Source: Chiloscyllium plagiosum
Lineage: Eukaryota
Assembly: GCF_004010195.1 (NCBI RefSeq)
Contig: NC_057718.1
Location: 94,717,350 to 94,781,349, forward strand
DNA length: 64,000 nt
Reading direction: 5' to 3'
Below the pieces are notes generated by a model. It saw only the letters and a list, made by a program, of their open reading frames with translations. It was not told where the DNA came from and searched no databases. How positions within the stretch are numbered: position 1 is the stretch's first letter; the number at the start of each line of letters is the position of its first letter. This document shows, in pieces, positions 25,864 to 39,430 of this stretch. Position numbers and translations under genes: made by a program.

Positions 25864-26002
25864 CTATCTAATCATATTTATCAAATCAATTAGTCTCTAA
25901 TCACTACCAATGTTAACATTTAATTGCCACACGAGTGGATTTTTACATTTGTTAGACCCTTTCTATTTCCCTGGAGAAAATATCTCAGCTGCATATTATA
26001 TG

Positions 26003-26560
26003 GAGTCATAGAATCATACAACTCAGAAATAGGCCCTTCGGCCCAACTCATCTATGCCAATCAGATATCCCTAACAAAGCTAGTCCCATTTGCCTGAGTT
26101 TGGCCCACATCCTTTTAGATCTTTCCTATCCATGTACTTGTCCAAACGTCTATGAAAAGTTGTAATTGTACCCGTCTCTACCACTTCTTCTGACTGCTCG
26201 GTTCATATACGCACCACCCTTTGTGTGAAAAAGTTGCCCCTCAGAATCCTTTTAAATCTTGCACATCTCACCTTCAACCTATGCCCTCTAGTTTTGGACT
26301 TCCCTACCCCGGGGAAAAGACTCCTCTACCTTTGGCTATGCCCCTCATGATTTTCCAAACTTCTATAAAGTCATCCCTCAGGTTCCTACCCTTCGGGAAG
26401 AAAAGTTCCAGCCTATTCAGCCTCATTATAACTCAAAACTTCCAGTCTTGGTACCATGCCTGTCAATCGTTTTTGCACTCCTTCCAATTTAATAACATCT
26501 TTCCATTAGCAGGGTGACTAGAATTGTACACAGCGCTCCAAACGTGGCCTTACCAATATC
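26003..26560 (-). mobile_element. CR1 LINE 3' fragment
   Basis: gagtcatagaatcata tail and reverse-complemented ORF2 C-terminus. Confidence 0.85.
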
Positions 26561-26774
26561 TCTTGTAGTTCATATAACATGGACATCTTGACTGTAATGT
26601 TAGAATCCCTGCCTCTGATTGAGAAGCCTTGGGTTCAGGAAACACTCCAGGACTAGAGGGCCATGGGGGATGTATTCATACTGGGGCCTCCACCAGTTGG
26701 CCATCAACCTGAAACTCCATCCAATACATCCATGACAAGGAGTGAAGAGCAGGCATTATTCCTGGTCAGCTATA

Positions 26775-27582
26775 GGGGTACTGAAAAGGGCTTTTGGTAC
26801 AATTGTCTTCATTGGCCAGTGCATCATGTACAGGAGTTAGGATGTCATGCTGTGGCAGTACCTTGCCTAGACTACTGCATTCATTTCTGGTCTCCCTGCT
26901 ACAGGAAAAATGCTGTTAATCTTGAAAGAGTTCAGGAAAGATTTATAAAGATGTTGCCAGCAGTTATACAGAGAGGCTAAATAGGCTGGAGCATCAGAGG
27001 CTGAGGGGCATGGATAGGGTGAATAACCAAAGTCTTTTCTTGCCAGGGTAGGGGAGTCCAAAATTAGACGGCATAGGTGTAGGGTGAGAGGGGAAAGATT
27101 TAAAAGGGATGTAATGGGCAACTTTTTCATGCAAAGGGTGGTACGTGTATGGAATGAGCTGCCAGTGGAAGTGGTGAAGGCTGGAACAATTACAGCATTT
27201 AAAAGGCATTTGGATGGGTACAAGAATAGGAAGGATTTAGAGGGATATGGGCCAAATGCTGGTAAATGGGACTAGATTAATTTCGGATATCTGGTCAGCA
27301 TGGACAAGTTGGACCAAAGGGTCTGTTTCCGTGCTGTACTTAGAGTCATAGAAATGTACAGCACAGAAACAGACCCTTCGGTCCAACTCACCCATGCTGA
27401 CCAGATATCCTAAATTAATCCAGTCCCATTTGCCAGCACTTGGCCCATTCCCTCTTGTACAGCCGCAACATGACTTCCCAACTCTTAGACTCAATGCTCT
27501 GACCAATAAAGGAAAGCATACTAAATGCCTTCTTTACAATCCTATCTACCTGAGATCCCATTTTAAAGTCTTTATGACTCTA
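26775..27582 (+). mobile_element. CR1 LINE 3' fragment (plus) with a minus-strand CR1 piece in its tail (27342-27565)
   Basis: PCLDYCIHFWSPCYRKNAVNLERVQERFIKMLP and GNFFMQRVVRVWNELP; tail-to-tail junction near 27340. Confidence 0.8.
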
Positions 27583-28339
27583 GCTATATTTAATTCAGAG
27601 TGGTGTCTCTCAAACTATAGATTGTGTGCCCAGTTCCAGAATAAAAATAAATAAAGGAAACATGTATTTCATTAGCCTGTTGATGTGGAAAGAGAACTGA
27701 AAGAAATTGTGTACAATTCAGATAAGGAATTTATTCTGCAGCTTAACACGAGGCTATTGCTGGGACCTTACTTCCCCGAGAGATAATCCCTGTAAACCAT
27801 CTTTCGATTTATCACATTTATAATATAATGGGGAATAAAAGGACATTGAAACGCTGGAGGAAATTCTTATCACAGGATACAAAACAGAACATTTATTTTT
27901 AAATCTGGTACAGCATGATGTCCCTTTCATGATGAATATTTTTGAGGATTTTTTTAGAACAATTATTTACAGCTATTTCTAAGTTTGAGTTTTTTAGACC
28001 TTGGATTGATTATAATCTTCTGTGCTGCTTTTGAACATATTAATCCATTTTTGGTCAATTTTGCTTTTTTAAGCCTTATTTGCCAATTGTTATTTTCCAG
28101 GCGTATGTTTGAAGATTTTTGTCTTCTATTTTTTGATGATAAATATTTTTCGAGGCACAAATACCCTCTGGGTGTTTTCTTAACCAGTTACCAGTTGTTT
28201 CTCTGAGAAGAGATTATCAAAGACTTCCTCCCAGTGATGTTCTGCCAAAACTTATGGTGGCCAATGAGAACAAGTTTCAAGAAGATTTCCTATTTAAAAA
28301 AAACCCTATTTAAAATTTAAATTCCCTATTTAAAAAAGA

Positions 28340-29130
28340 CGTGGAAAATAGTGCAATGAGAACAACCTAGCTCTCAATGCTGGCAAAACCAAGGAACTCA
28401 TTATTGACCTTCGGTGGGATGTTACTCATGCGCCCCCCCAACACACACACACACACACATCAATAGTACAAAGGTGCAATGGGTGGAGAGTGTCAAGCTC
28501 CTGGGAGTGGTCATCAACAACAAGCTTCCTTGGACTCTTCATGTAGTCATGGGTTACAAAGGCACAACAATGACTCTTCTTCCTCAGGCAGCTGAGGAGA
28601 TTTGGCATGACGCCGAATACCCTTGCCAACTTTTATAAGTGCGCCATCGAGAGCATTCTGTCTGGATGTATCACTACCTGGTATGGCAACTGTACCCCCA
28701 TTCAAGATCGGAGACGGTTAGAGAGAGTGGTGAACTCGGCCCGGACAATCACAAAGGCCAACCTCCCATCTATAGAATCCAACTACCAGGCCCACTGTCA
28801 AGGAAAGGCCGCCAGCATTCTCAAAGATCCATCTCAAAGATCCAATGTTTTTCTACAACCTCTACCATCAGGGAGAAGGTATAGAAGTCTGAACACACAC
28901 ACACACACACCAGCCGGTTTCAAAACAGTTTCTATCCTACTGTTGTTAGAATACTGAATGGACTTACAAAAATGTAACATTTACCTGTACCTATGTCTTT
29001 GTTTTTGCCACTGTTTACCTATTATTTACTTATCTATACTACTTAACTCTGTAGTATAGATCTGCCAATATTGCTCACAAGACAAAGCTTTTCACTGGGA
29101 CTCGGTACACGTGACAATAAATTCAATTTA
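28340..29130 (+). mobile_element. Rex1/Babar-clade LINE, 3' part (RT C-terminus), frameshifted
   Basis: NNLALNAGKTKELIID..VESVKLLGV..FLRQLRRFGM..FYKCAIESILSGCITTWYGNC..LPSGRRYRSL..RFQNSFYP; tail gtgacaataaattcaatt. Confidence 0.85.
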
Positions 29131-29391
29131 AGTCAAAAAATAATTTTGAGCTCTCTACTAGTCAAAGATTTTTGTTTTAACCTAAAGAAAATTAAGTGGC
29201 TAAAGTAACATTGATCTCAAAAGTAAAATGTTGCTAATCATATTTACATGGCATTGTGGCAGCATTGAAATTCAAATACCACGTGAGATAGGCAAAATGA
29301 GTCAAATAATCTCCCACTGTAGCTGTTCACAATAAGCAGAATATAGATGTGCTCGCACTTACAAAGCTCCAGAACAGAACGTTGCTTATTA

Positions 29392-30370
29392 AAGTGACAT
29401 TGCAGGTAGACATAGTGGTGAAGAAGGTGTTTGGTATGTTTACCTTCATTGGTCAGAACATTGAGTATTGGAGTTGTGATGTCAAACTGTGGCTGTAAAA
29501 GACATTGGTGAGGCCATTTTGGGAATACTGCAGTTAGTTCACCACTAGGAGATGGCTTAGTGGTAGTATCACTGAACTCTGAAACCAGAAACCCAGGTAA
29601 TGTTCTGGGGGCCCAGGTTCAAATCCTGCCATGGCAGATGGTGGAATTTGAATTCAATAAATATCAAGAATCTATGATGACCAGGCATCCATTGTTGGGA
29701 AAACTTATCTGGCATCACTAATGCCTTTTAGGGAAGGAAATGGCCATCCTTACCTAGTCTGGCCTACATATGACCCCTGACCCACAGCAATGTGTTTAAG
29801 TCTTAGCTACCCTATGGGTAATAAATGCTGGCCTAGCCAGTGATGCCCTCACCCAATGGATGAATAATAAATAAAATTCGGGTCTTCTTGCTATCAGAAG
29901 GATGTTGTGAAACTGGGAAAGGGTTCAGGAAAAAAATTTATAAGCATGTTTTTGCCAGGGTTGGAGGGTTTGAGCTATAAGGAGGGGCTGAATAGGCTTG
30001 GGACTATTTTCACTGGAGGCTTATAGAGGTTTATATAATCATGAGGGGCATGGATAGGATGAGTAGATAAGTTATTTTTCCCAGGGTTGGGGAGTCGAAA
30101 ACTAGAGGATTTGGGTCTAAGGTGAGAGGGGCAAATTTTAAAAGGAAGCTAAGGGGCAACATTTTCATGCAGAGGGTGGTGCGTGTGGAGTGTGCTGCCA
30201 GAGGAAGTGGTAGAGGCTGGTACAATTCCAACATTTAAAAGACATTTGGATAGCTATATGAATAGGGAGGGCTTAGAAGGATATGAGCAAGTACAGGGAC
30301 ATAGGACACCTGACCAGAAGAACGAGTTGACCCGAAGGATCTGGTTCCATGCCATGTGACTCTTGATTCT
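29392..30370 (+). mobile_element. CR1 LINE 3' fragment interrupted by SINE B (29548-29876)
   Basis: VDIVVKKVFGM..KTLVRP..EYC block, followed by ORF2 C-terminus and tail. Confidence 0.8.
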
Positions 30371-30382
30371 AAATGAGATTTT

Positions 30383-30588
30383 CTACTTGGACAGCATTTA
30401 CTGAGAAATCCCAAATGTGCTCAGATCCACCTTATCAATCAATTTAAGACAACCAGTCAAACTCGGGCGGCACGGTGGCACAGTGGTTAGCACTGCTGCC
30501 TCGCAGCTACTTGGACAGCATTTACTGAGAAATCCCAAATGTGCTCAGATCCACCTTATCAATCAATTTAAGACAACCAGTCAAACTC
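30383..30588 (+). repeat. Perfect 82-bp direct repeat flanking a 42-bp HE1 SINE 5' end
   Basis: 30383-30464 equals 30507-30588; the middle is gggcggcacggtggcacagtggttagcactgctgcctcgcag. Confidence 0.9.
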
Positions 30589-32080
30589 TGTTACTAAAAG
30601 TGACATACATTCATACGCAGGGACCTATTCTCAACAAGCAAAAGGAATATCTTCAAGCTATGTTTCTTTCCTTCTAAATTACCCAGAATTGCTGGAAGCC
30701 TATCATTCCCTGTTGCTTTCCACATGGTAAGATATTAGCCAATTGCTGTTGACTTTGTTTAATTCACTTAAGAGACGTGGGCATCACTGGGTAGGTTCAG
30801 CATTTATTGCTCCTCCCTTTTTGCCCTTGAGATGGTAATGATGAGCTGCCTCCTTAAAGTGCCACAGTCCATCTGCTGTAGGTAGATCTATATTCTCATT
30901 AGGGAGACTTGCCCACCATTTAACGCCCTTTTTCTCCTGCAATATACATTCTTGCATTTACAGCTGATGAGTGCAAGCTGGAAGCTTCAGCGTCAAATAT
31001 CTTCTTTTCAAAAACAACCAAGCTCTGCAATTCCATCTGTTTTATGCCTGAACATTCATTCTTTGGTTTTAAATCATGTCATGCAGTATGACCAAAAACC
31101 ATGGTAATTCACCAAGGGAGGCCCAATCACACACCTCCGATGACAAAATGCTCCCATTCCTGCCTCCCTCCTCCATTGAGATAATTATGAACACTTTCTT
31201 TCTGCCCTATCACCTTCTTCCTCTCCTCATGGCCCCATTCCACCACCACTCTTTTCCACACCTCCCCTTTACCCTTGCTCCTGACCGGGCTTTTCATAGA
31301 ATCCCTACAGTGTGGAACCAGGCCGTTCAGCTTATCAAGTCCATACTGACACTCCAAAGAGGGCATGGTCCAACCTCTCTCCAACCTTGTAGACCTGAAT
31401 TCTGCCTTAATAAATCTAATACCTCACCCAGGGGCAACAATCTCACAAACCCACACACTTTCACAATTACACTCAGAGACAATTTCACTCATACAGCCAC
31501 ACACAATCTCGCTCTCTCTTCCTCTCTCTGTCTCTCACTCTCACATACACACACACACACGTGCATACACACACCCTTCACAGGCATCGCTACCTCTGCT
31601 CTCCAACACATCACTTCACCCCCACACACATTCCCCCTCACAGGCATTTCCCCCTGTCCAGTAGGCATCTCCTCTCACCCACCACACCCCTAATACTTTT
31701 ACCTCCCCTCCCCCACACCCTCTCTCTCCAACCACTCCATTTTCAAAGGCATAACCACCGTCCCCTAGTCCCACAGAGGAATTTTCCTCTTGCCCTCACG
31801 CTCACAATTATGGGGTCTTAGCAATTGCTGAGTATCAAAAAATGGGGCAACAATGGGGGAAAAGCTTGGGAAGCACATCCTCTACTGCCACAAAGGATAG
31901 TTTGAGGCCTTCCTCAATCTGGGTCTGCTGCAGTTGAATGGGAAACTTCCCCATTGAGGCCCCAGCCAATGTGTAATTGGGATCCTACTGATGTAAAGTG
32001 GTTTCAACTGGCATAAAAAAGTCATGCCACCTGCCTTACTCAACCAACTTAACCATACCAGGAATTTTCTCCATTAAAAG

Positions 32081-32478
32081 ACCATAAGACAAAGGAGCAG
32101 ACATTAGGCTATTCAGCCCATCAAGTCTGCTCCACCATTCAGTCATGGCTGATAGGTTTCTCAACCCCATTCTCTCACTTTCTCCCCGTAAACCTTAATC
32201 CCGTTGATACTCAAGAACCTATCTATCTCAGTCTTAAATATCCTCAATGACCTGGCCTCCACAGCCTTCTGTGCCAATGAGTTCCATAGATTCCCCACTC
32301 TCTGGCTGACGAAGTTTCTCCATATCTCCGTTCTAAAAGGTCTTCCCTTTACTCTAAGGCTGTGCCCTCGGGTTCTGGTCTCTCTTACCAAGGGGGACAT
32401 CTTCCCAACATCCACGCTGTCCAGGCCATTCAATATTCTTTAAGTTTCAATTAGATTCCTCCCTCAGCCTTCTAAACT
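32081..32478 (-). mobile_element. CR1 LINE 3' fragment
   Basis: ETRTRGHSLRVKGRPFRTEIWRNFVSQRVGNLWNSL. Confidence 0.9.
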
Positions 32479-33669
32479 GATTGGGATTCAAAAATTGGAT
32501 GGAAACATAGAAGTTCAGTTGCAAACTGAGTAAGCAACCAGCTCATTGTTTTAACTATCCACTTGTTCAGTCACCCTAAGGAGGTTAAAATTAAAATCAA
32601 TCGCTTTGCATTTAAAAAAAAGGTAAAGATTAAGTCACCATAATCTTACCAGTCTGTAGTGTTACTGTCTCCTTAGATAAACACAATTGGTGATGGCTTA
32701 ACCTGAGGATCACCCAGAGAACAGGAAGGAGCATCCTTCATGGTAACCTTAGCCAATGTTGGGAATTGAACCCACACTGTTAGTGTTACTCTGCATTACA
32801 AACCAATGGACACCAATAGACCCCCTTTTCCTTTGCTTTAGCACAATTCCCAATCCCAGAGCTCACTATCAGCAGCATAAAAGCATTAGATTCGTGGAAT
32901 GATACAGTGCTGAAAGATGCCATTGGCCCATTCCCTCCTATGCCAGTTCCCAGAGTGAACTATCCAATTCATTTCACTCCTGGGCTCATCCTCCTAACCA
33001 TGGAAAATCTTCCATTTTTATTTACTTCAATCTTTTTTGCCAGTTCATGTTGGATCAACATCTGCCACTTTTCCAGGGAGTTTCTGGTACACTTCACAGC
33101 ATTTAAAAATCCCCTCACCTCACCTCAATTTTGCCAATAGCTATAAATTGTAAACTCTGCCAGTGTTTTCCTGCACAACAACGAAGGACAAGTCTCTATG
33201 GACAGGGAGAGCCAGTTGTCCTAAAGCCAAGAAACGGCATGCCTGCATTTGCGGAAACTGGGATTAACGCAGGATGTGGAGCAATGTAAATTTGATGGCA
33301 AGTCACTCAGTGTGTTATCAGATGAAAGTGCAGTCAGCAGGAAGCTGCCGCATTGAGTAATGCACATTCCACTGTGAGGGAGAGACGGCAAGATTATCAC
33401 CAATCTCGGAGAAAGTCAAGATTGGACTAGCTCGATGCAGTCCCGGAGAGGGAGTGGTCAAGGACCATTCGAATGCCAAATGGAGCAACTATTCACGAAT
33501 TGAATAGAACTGGAGGTGGTGCAGCCAAAGAAGTCAGCCTGAACTTTGGGAGCCAGTTGGCCTGTTGCAAAGAGGCTCCTGAACGAGAGCGAAACAAAGC
33601 AGAACCCGGCCGAGGATTCCAATAACCCAAAGTCCTGAAGGGAGCAGGCTGCACGAGAAAGGAACAGCC

Positions 33670-34035
33670 TTATTGAGGTTTATAAAACCATGAGGAACAC
33701 AGATATGGTGAATAGTTGAGGTCTTTTTTAACAGGGTGGGGGTGTCAAAATCCAGAGGCTTAGGTTTAAGGTGAGAAGGGGAAGATTTAAAAGAGACCTA
33801 AGGGCAAACTTCTCACCCAAAAGGTGGTGCATGTATAGAATGAGCTGCCAGAGGAAGTGTTGAAGACTGGTACAACTACAGGATTTAAAAGGCATCTGGA
33901 TGGGCATATGAATAGGAAGGGTTTAGAGGGATATGGAACAAATGCTGGCAAATGGAACTAGATGAATTTCAGATATCTGGTCAGCATGAATGAGTTGGTC
34001 CCAAGGGTCTGTTTCGGTGCTGTATGATCAATGAA
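33670..34035 (+). mobile_element. CR1 LINE 3' fragment
   Basis: LIEVYKTMR block, ORF2 C-terminus and tail. Confidence 0.85.
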
Positions 34036-34111
34036 GCTGAGGTTCAATGATGGGGAAGACATGTTTTGAAATGTGCTGCATTTATAGGTTGTATATGAAA
34101 AAGGATATAAA

Positions 34112-34306
34112 GGTGCTGGAAAAGCACAGTAGATCAGGCAGCATCCAAGGAGCACGAGAATCGATGTTTCGGGCATGAGCCCTTCATCAGAAATGTCCGA
34201 AACATTGACTCTCCTGCTCCTTGGATGCTGCCTGACCCGCTGTGCTTTTTCTTGTGCCACACTTTTCGACTCTGACTCTCCAGCATCTGCAGCCCTCACT
34301 TTCTCC
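34112..34306. mobile_element. Palindromic PLE-derived element family 1
   Basis: Inverted arms; minus core CTGATGA-A-GGGCTCATGCCC-GAAACATC at 34190-34163; another arm at 34408-34486. Confidence 0.85.
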
Positions 34307-34939
34307 TATGGAAGAAGGTAGTCAATCTTATTTGATGGACTTGGAAAGACCCTCTGCAGCACATAGTATCTTTCTGAAGTGATTGCTTGATTCCCTTGTC
34401 TGGCTAATGCCCGAGACGTTGACTCTCCTGCTCCTTGGATACTGCCTGGCCTGCTGTGCTTTTCCAGTGCCACACTTTTCGACTCTGCATTATTCCAGCC
34501 CTGCTTTAAAGTTTGGTCACATACCATGTGGAAAAGGTGCACCATAGCCTAGCCATTGTCACGGGGATTCGGCCTGTTCTACTTTGAGGACGTCATCTTG
34601 TACACAGGCAGCCTGAAGCCTGCTCATTGACCAAGTGTTCTGAGGGAGCTTGGGACAATTCAATAAATCAGCTCAACTTTCTCAAAGTCTAGGAGAGCAG
34701 GAGGAGTGATTTATAAAGCACTTCTGTTCCTCCTGACCCCACAAAAATAAAACTTTGCTCTTTGGGTTGGTTCTTCAGTGACATTCAGTGAGTCCCTGGA
34801 GATTAGTAAATTGAATAGTTCGTGGATCATTGGATCTGCTGCTCATAAGCTGCTATTCAATTCAGTTGCTCTGAGATGTTCCAAGAACTCCTTTGCATAA
34901 ATGCATGATCATTGCTGCAATTGTCTGTAAAAATGGTGT

Positions 34940-35715
34940 ACTCTTTGGAAAACAGAAGAATGAGAGGCAACCTTAATAAAGCATCAAAGATCCTTAGGGA
35001 GACCTGACAGGATTGTTATGAAAATTTGTTTCTCCTTCCTGCTGTGCTTTTCCCATGCTATACCTTTCGACTCTGATCTCCAGCATCTGCAGTCCTCACT
35101 TTCCCCTTGTGGGGGAGTCTAATGTAGTGATTGGAACACAGTCAGCCAGGTGGAAGTCGTAGAATGAGTTCACTGACTGGACCAGGTTAAGAGCCCCAAT
35201 TATGGAGCCCTGGCTGACAGATATAACCAGGAGTGTCAGAGGTTCTACTCAATCTGAGAGCAGGCTCTGAGGAAGCCAGACCAGTTTTGAATAGAATTGC
35301 ATTGAATTTATTGTCACGAGTACCAAGGCACAGTGAAAGTTTTGTCAAGTACTGTGTCAAGTATTGTGTACGTGTAAATAAAGGTGACGGGGTTCCAGCC
35401 TCTGTGGAGTTACTTTGTCAAGGACCTGAGACTATAATCTCAGAATAAAGAGTTGCACATTTAAGACGGCGATGAGGAGGAAATTCTTCTCTCAGAATCT
35501 GTGGAATTCTTTACCGCAGAGGGCTGTCAAGGCTGGGGGTTCGTTAAGTATACTCGAGACTGACATAGACAGATTGTGAATCAATGAGGGTGATAGGAAA
35601 AATAAAAGACAGCAAAGTGGAGTTGAAGATTCTCAGATTAACCATGGTCTCGTTGAAAGTTAGAACAGATTCAATGGGCTGAATGGCTTATTTATGCTCC
35701 TACATCTTATAGTCT
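34940..35715 (+). mobile_element. CR1 3' fragment with nested inserts (PLE tail 35038-35105; LTR-like 35123-35417 carrying a Rex1 tail)
   Basis: CR1 RRMRGNL.. sequence resumes after 35418; the insert starts TGTAGT with AATAAA near 35377; 35285-35345 is the reverse complement of the Rex1 tail at 29081-29130. Confidence 0.6.
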
Positions 35716-35913
35716 AATTGTGGCAACCAATTTGCAAACAGCAAACCACCTTTTTACAATCCAGGTTTTTACAGATTTCAAGTTTTGCTATCTGCCATGA
35801 TATGATTCACACAAATGTCTCCAGAACATGGTGCTTTTGAGTGATTAGTCTAGTGACATTACCACTATGCTCCTGCTCTGCTACATAATGTCTGATAATG
35901 TTACTAATCTTAA

Positions 35914-36475
35914 GCCATAAGACATAGGAGCGGAAGTAAGGCCATTCGGCCCATCGAGTCCACTCCGCCATTCAATCATGGCTGATGGGCATTTCAACTC
36001 CACTTACCCGCATTCTCCCCGTAGTCCTTAATTCCTTGTGACATCAAGAATTTATCAATCTCTGCCTTGAAGACATTTAGCGTCCCGGCCTCCACTGCAT
36101 TCACAGGCCCACCACTCTCTGGCTGAAGAAATGTCTCCGCATTTCTGTTCTGATTTGACCTCCTCTAATTCTAAGGCTGTGTCCACGGGTCCTAGTCTCC
36201 TCGCCTAACGGAAACAATTTCCTAGTGTCCACCCTTTCCAAGCCATGTATTATCTTGTAAGTTTCTATTAGATCTCCCCTTAATCTTCTAAACTCCAATG
36301 AATACAATCCCAGGATCCTCAGCCATTCCTCGTATGTTAGACCTACCATTCCAGGGATCATCCGTGTGAATCTCCGCTGGACACGCTCCAATGCCAGTAT
36401 GTCCTTCCTGAGGTGTGGGGACCAAAACTGGACACAGTACTCCAAATGGGGACTAACCAGAGCTTTATAAAGTCT
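35914..36475 (-). mobile_element. CR1 LINE 3' fragment, little diverged
   Basis: LEYCVQFWSPHLRKDILALERVQRRFTRMIPG..RRLRGDLIETYKI..RRHFFSQRVV. Confidence 0.92.
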
Positions 36476-36952
36476 AAAACATTAGCTAGGTCTCTGGATT
36501 AGCAATCCAGTGATAATACCACTGCTTTTACATTGCCCCACTTCTCCAGTGGAGATAAAGAGATTTTCTTTGACTGCATTGCCTGGGAAGTATCACCTAA
36601 CAACCACTGGAATTAAAATTGGGTGAGTTCTATTTCAGTTGGAATGATATGTCCACCAGAAAACTGTCCAGGTATAAAATGTAAAATTCAAGCCAACATG
36701 CACTTCTGCGGGAAGGGAATAAAATTTAATGAATGAGTTCATGGTCTAGTGTTGTTAACGCTCACAATTTTGTTAGCACTGACTTCTTTTTATATTATTT
36801 ATGGCCCATGTTTTTCACTCTGTAGTAGAGGATAGTGCTCAACACTAATTTTGAGAAAAGGTGCCCACATTCAATTATCTGAAGTGAAGTCTATAAGTTG
36901 AAATGTCAGACTAATATTACTAAACTAATCAATAGTTTCTTCATGCTCAATA

Positions 36953-38215
36953 GAGGTGGTGATGGCTCAATGGTAATGTCATTGGGTTAGTAATATTCAG
37001 GAGCCTTAGGTTTAAGTCCTGCTATAGTAAGTGGTGAAATTAGAATTCCTTTTTTTAATAAAGCCATTGTTGATTTTTATAAAACCATCTGGTTTACTAT
37101 CACCTCTTTGGAGAGGCAATTTGCAATTGGCCCCTCATTTTCAAGTGCAAAGTTCAAATATTCCTCTCAGAGAATGAAACACTCCAATTGTGAAATTAGT
37201 TTGTCAAGGCCAGAGAGTCTACTCTCAGATAATTGTGACCTATCGTTTATGTTGCTAAAATCTGTTACGTTTGGCTGAAAAAGCTCACCATTTTCTTGAG
37301 GTTGTAACAGTAAAAAAACACAATTTGAAGCTTATCATAAATCAATGATCCTGCACTGATTGCCTTCTGCAAAGGCCGCAACTGTGCACCCTTGGAAGAG
37401 CAGGGTTTCAGCTTCTTGATATGTGCATTAAACTGGATATCAGCAAGAAACTGGACATTGCTTTCAATTTCAGGGAAGAGATGACAGTAAATGTTGACAT
37501 CAGTACAAATGCATTATTGTTTTAGTAAAGTGATTTCCAAAACTAAGTGAAGTTTTTTTTCTCTTTCTCTCTCTCTCCCACCTAACCCACTAAGCTGTGC
37601 GTATTATTGTAAACTGTTACTGAAAATTTTCAATTGCATTTTAGTTGTGGCAAAAATAAGATATAAGGATATTTTTTCCCAACTCGAAAAGCTGGAGTAC
37701 TGGAATTATCCAGACACTATAAACCCATTATATCGGCATGTTTTAGTCTCAAATTGGTTGTAGACATCGCTGAAAAATGAGTTGCTGGAAAAACGCAGCA
37801 GGTCAGGCAGCATCCGAGGAGCAGGAGAATCGACATTTCGGGCATAAGCCCTTCTTCAAGAATGAGGAGGGTGTGCCAAGCAGGCGCAAGTTTTGCATTT
37901 CTTGTGGTTGCAGGGGAAGGTGCCAGGAGACATCGCTGGTAAAGCCTATATTTGTTGCCCACCCCTAATTGCACCATCTTGGCCATTTCAGAAGACAGCT
38001 AGGTGTCAACCACATTGCTATGGACTAGATCAGGCCAACTGCAAATTTCCTCTCCAAAGAGGTGATAGTAAACCAGATGGTTTTATAAAAATCAACAATG
38101 GCTTTATTTTAAAAAAAAGGAATTTTAACTTCACCACTTGCTATAGCAGGATTGGAACCAATGGCTTCTGAACATTACTAGCCCAATGACTTTACCACTA
38201 AGCCACTACCTCCTC
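36953..38215. repeat. Inverted pair of SINE-B derivatives sharing private changes
   Basis: 36953-37132 versus 38033-38215; 37057-37116 is the exact reverse complement of 38049-38108. Confidence 0.8.
37773..37927 (-). mobile_element. PLE family-1 arm inserted in a SINE-B tail
   Basis: Arm sequence as at 6662; 11-bp duplication agacatcgctg at 37762-37772 and 37928-37938. Confidence 0.75.
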
Positions 38216-39140
38216 CATTACCAAGTGCACGCGTCACACAATAATTGTGTTGTGCTTGAGGTACAAAAGTTTTGTTTTTCTTAGGTAATGCATGTTGCCC
38301 AATTGCTCACGTTTGCAAATATTTATCAATTACACTTAGAATTCAATCTATAGCAATAATGCCAATTTGGAGCTGGTGAAGATTGAAGAAAGCTTAATTG
38401 TATTCTTTGCAGTTTTTTGATTGTTTCCTCCTCATTGCCTCTGCAGTGGCTTTCTGTCCTGCATCATTGCTTTCTGTAAGACAATCAGATAACCTGCTCC
38501 CAAATCCATGCCAACGAAAACAGCTCCTGAAGAATGGTTGAGGTTAACTCACTTCCCCTCTTCCTTTCCATCCATATAGGAAAAGGTTCAGCCTCCCAAA
38601 TGGCAAAGTTCATGAATTTTGCAGAAAGGAACTATTCCCAGATACATTGGCAGAGGATATTGGACTCCCTGAAGCATCCAATCACACGTTACCCAAAATA
38701 AACCGTCAAAAAGGCACATTGAAGAAAACAAACAGCAGTGATTCCCGTACCCATTGAGTGATTGGGTCATTTCGCACCTATCCAGCACGTTCCAGCTGAA
38801 CACCTAGAAACACCTTGCCTTCACAAAACAAGATGCTTTGATGAGGAATCTTTACCAAACCACGGGAGGAGAGTGAAAAAATAGGGGAAGGGGAAATCAG
38901 GTGGCAGAAGCAATGGTGGGCTAAAACTCCACCTCTGCAACCGACACTCAAGTTCAGTTAAGACTGTTGAGATCAAAGTCTGTTCACTGTAAGGACACTG
39001 TGATAAACATGGCCAGTCTCCATTTATAGTAACAGCATCCAGCAGCATTGACATTGTGGATTCATTGATGGCCAACTGGCGAGCAACATATGCTGGCAGC
39101 AAAGACAGTGAGTAAAATGGTCATCTTGTAGGGCCTTTGA

Positions 39141-39430
39141 GGGAGGCATGGTGGTTCGAGGGCCAGCACTGCAACCTCACAGAACCAGGGACTTGGCCGA
39201 CTGTCTGTGTAGAGTTTGCATGCTTCCCCAACCCCCTCACCCCTCCGACTGTGTGGGTTTCCTCCCACAGTTCAAAGATGTGCAGGTACAGTGGCTTGGC
39301 CATGTTAAGTTGCCCAAAGTGTCCAGGGATGTGCAGGCTAGGTGTGTTAGCCATGGGAAATACAGGGTTACAGGTACAGGGAGTGGGTCTGGGTGGACTC
39401 GATGCTTCCACATTGTAGGGGTTCTATGAT
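39141..39430 (+). mobile_element. HE1-related V-SINE, diverged
   Basis: Head, V-domain remnant gggtttcctcccacag and gttctatga tail. Confidence 0.75.

Noticed and set aside
25283..25900. Long ORFs spanning N runs (also 55566-56123)
   Set aside because: Artefacts of assembly gaps and microsatellites.
27250..27450. Hairpin of two CR1 tails
   Set aside because: Explained by one CR1 fragment inserted antisense into another's tail.
27900..28290. A-rich minus-strand frames resembling an exon or pseudogene
   Set aside because: Stops in all frames and no recognisable protein; explained by base composition.
31076..31821. 205-aa ORF rich in H, T and P
   Set aside because: CA/CT low-complexity DNA plus a SINE tail.
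38448..38538. Possible spliced exon (ctgcag acceptor, open frame AFCPASLL..)
   Set aside because: Weak donor and an unrecognisable peptide.
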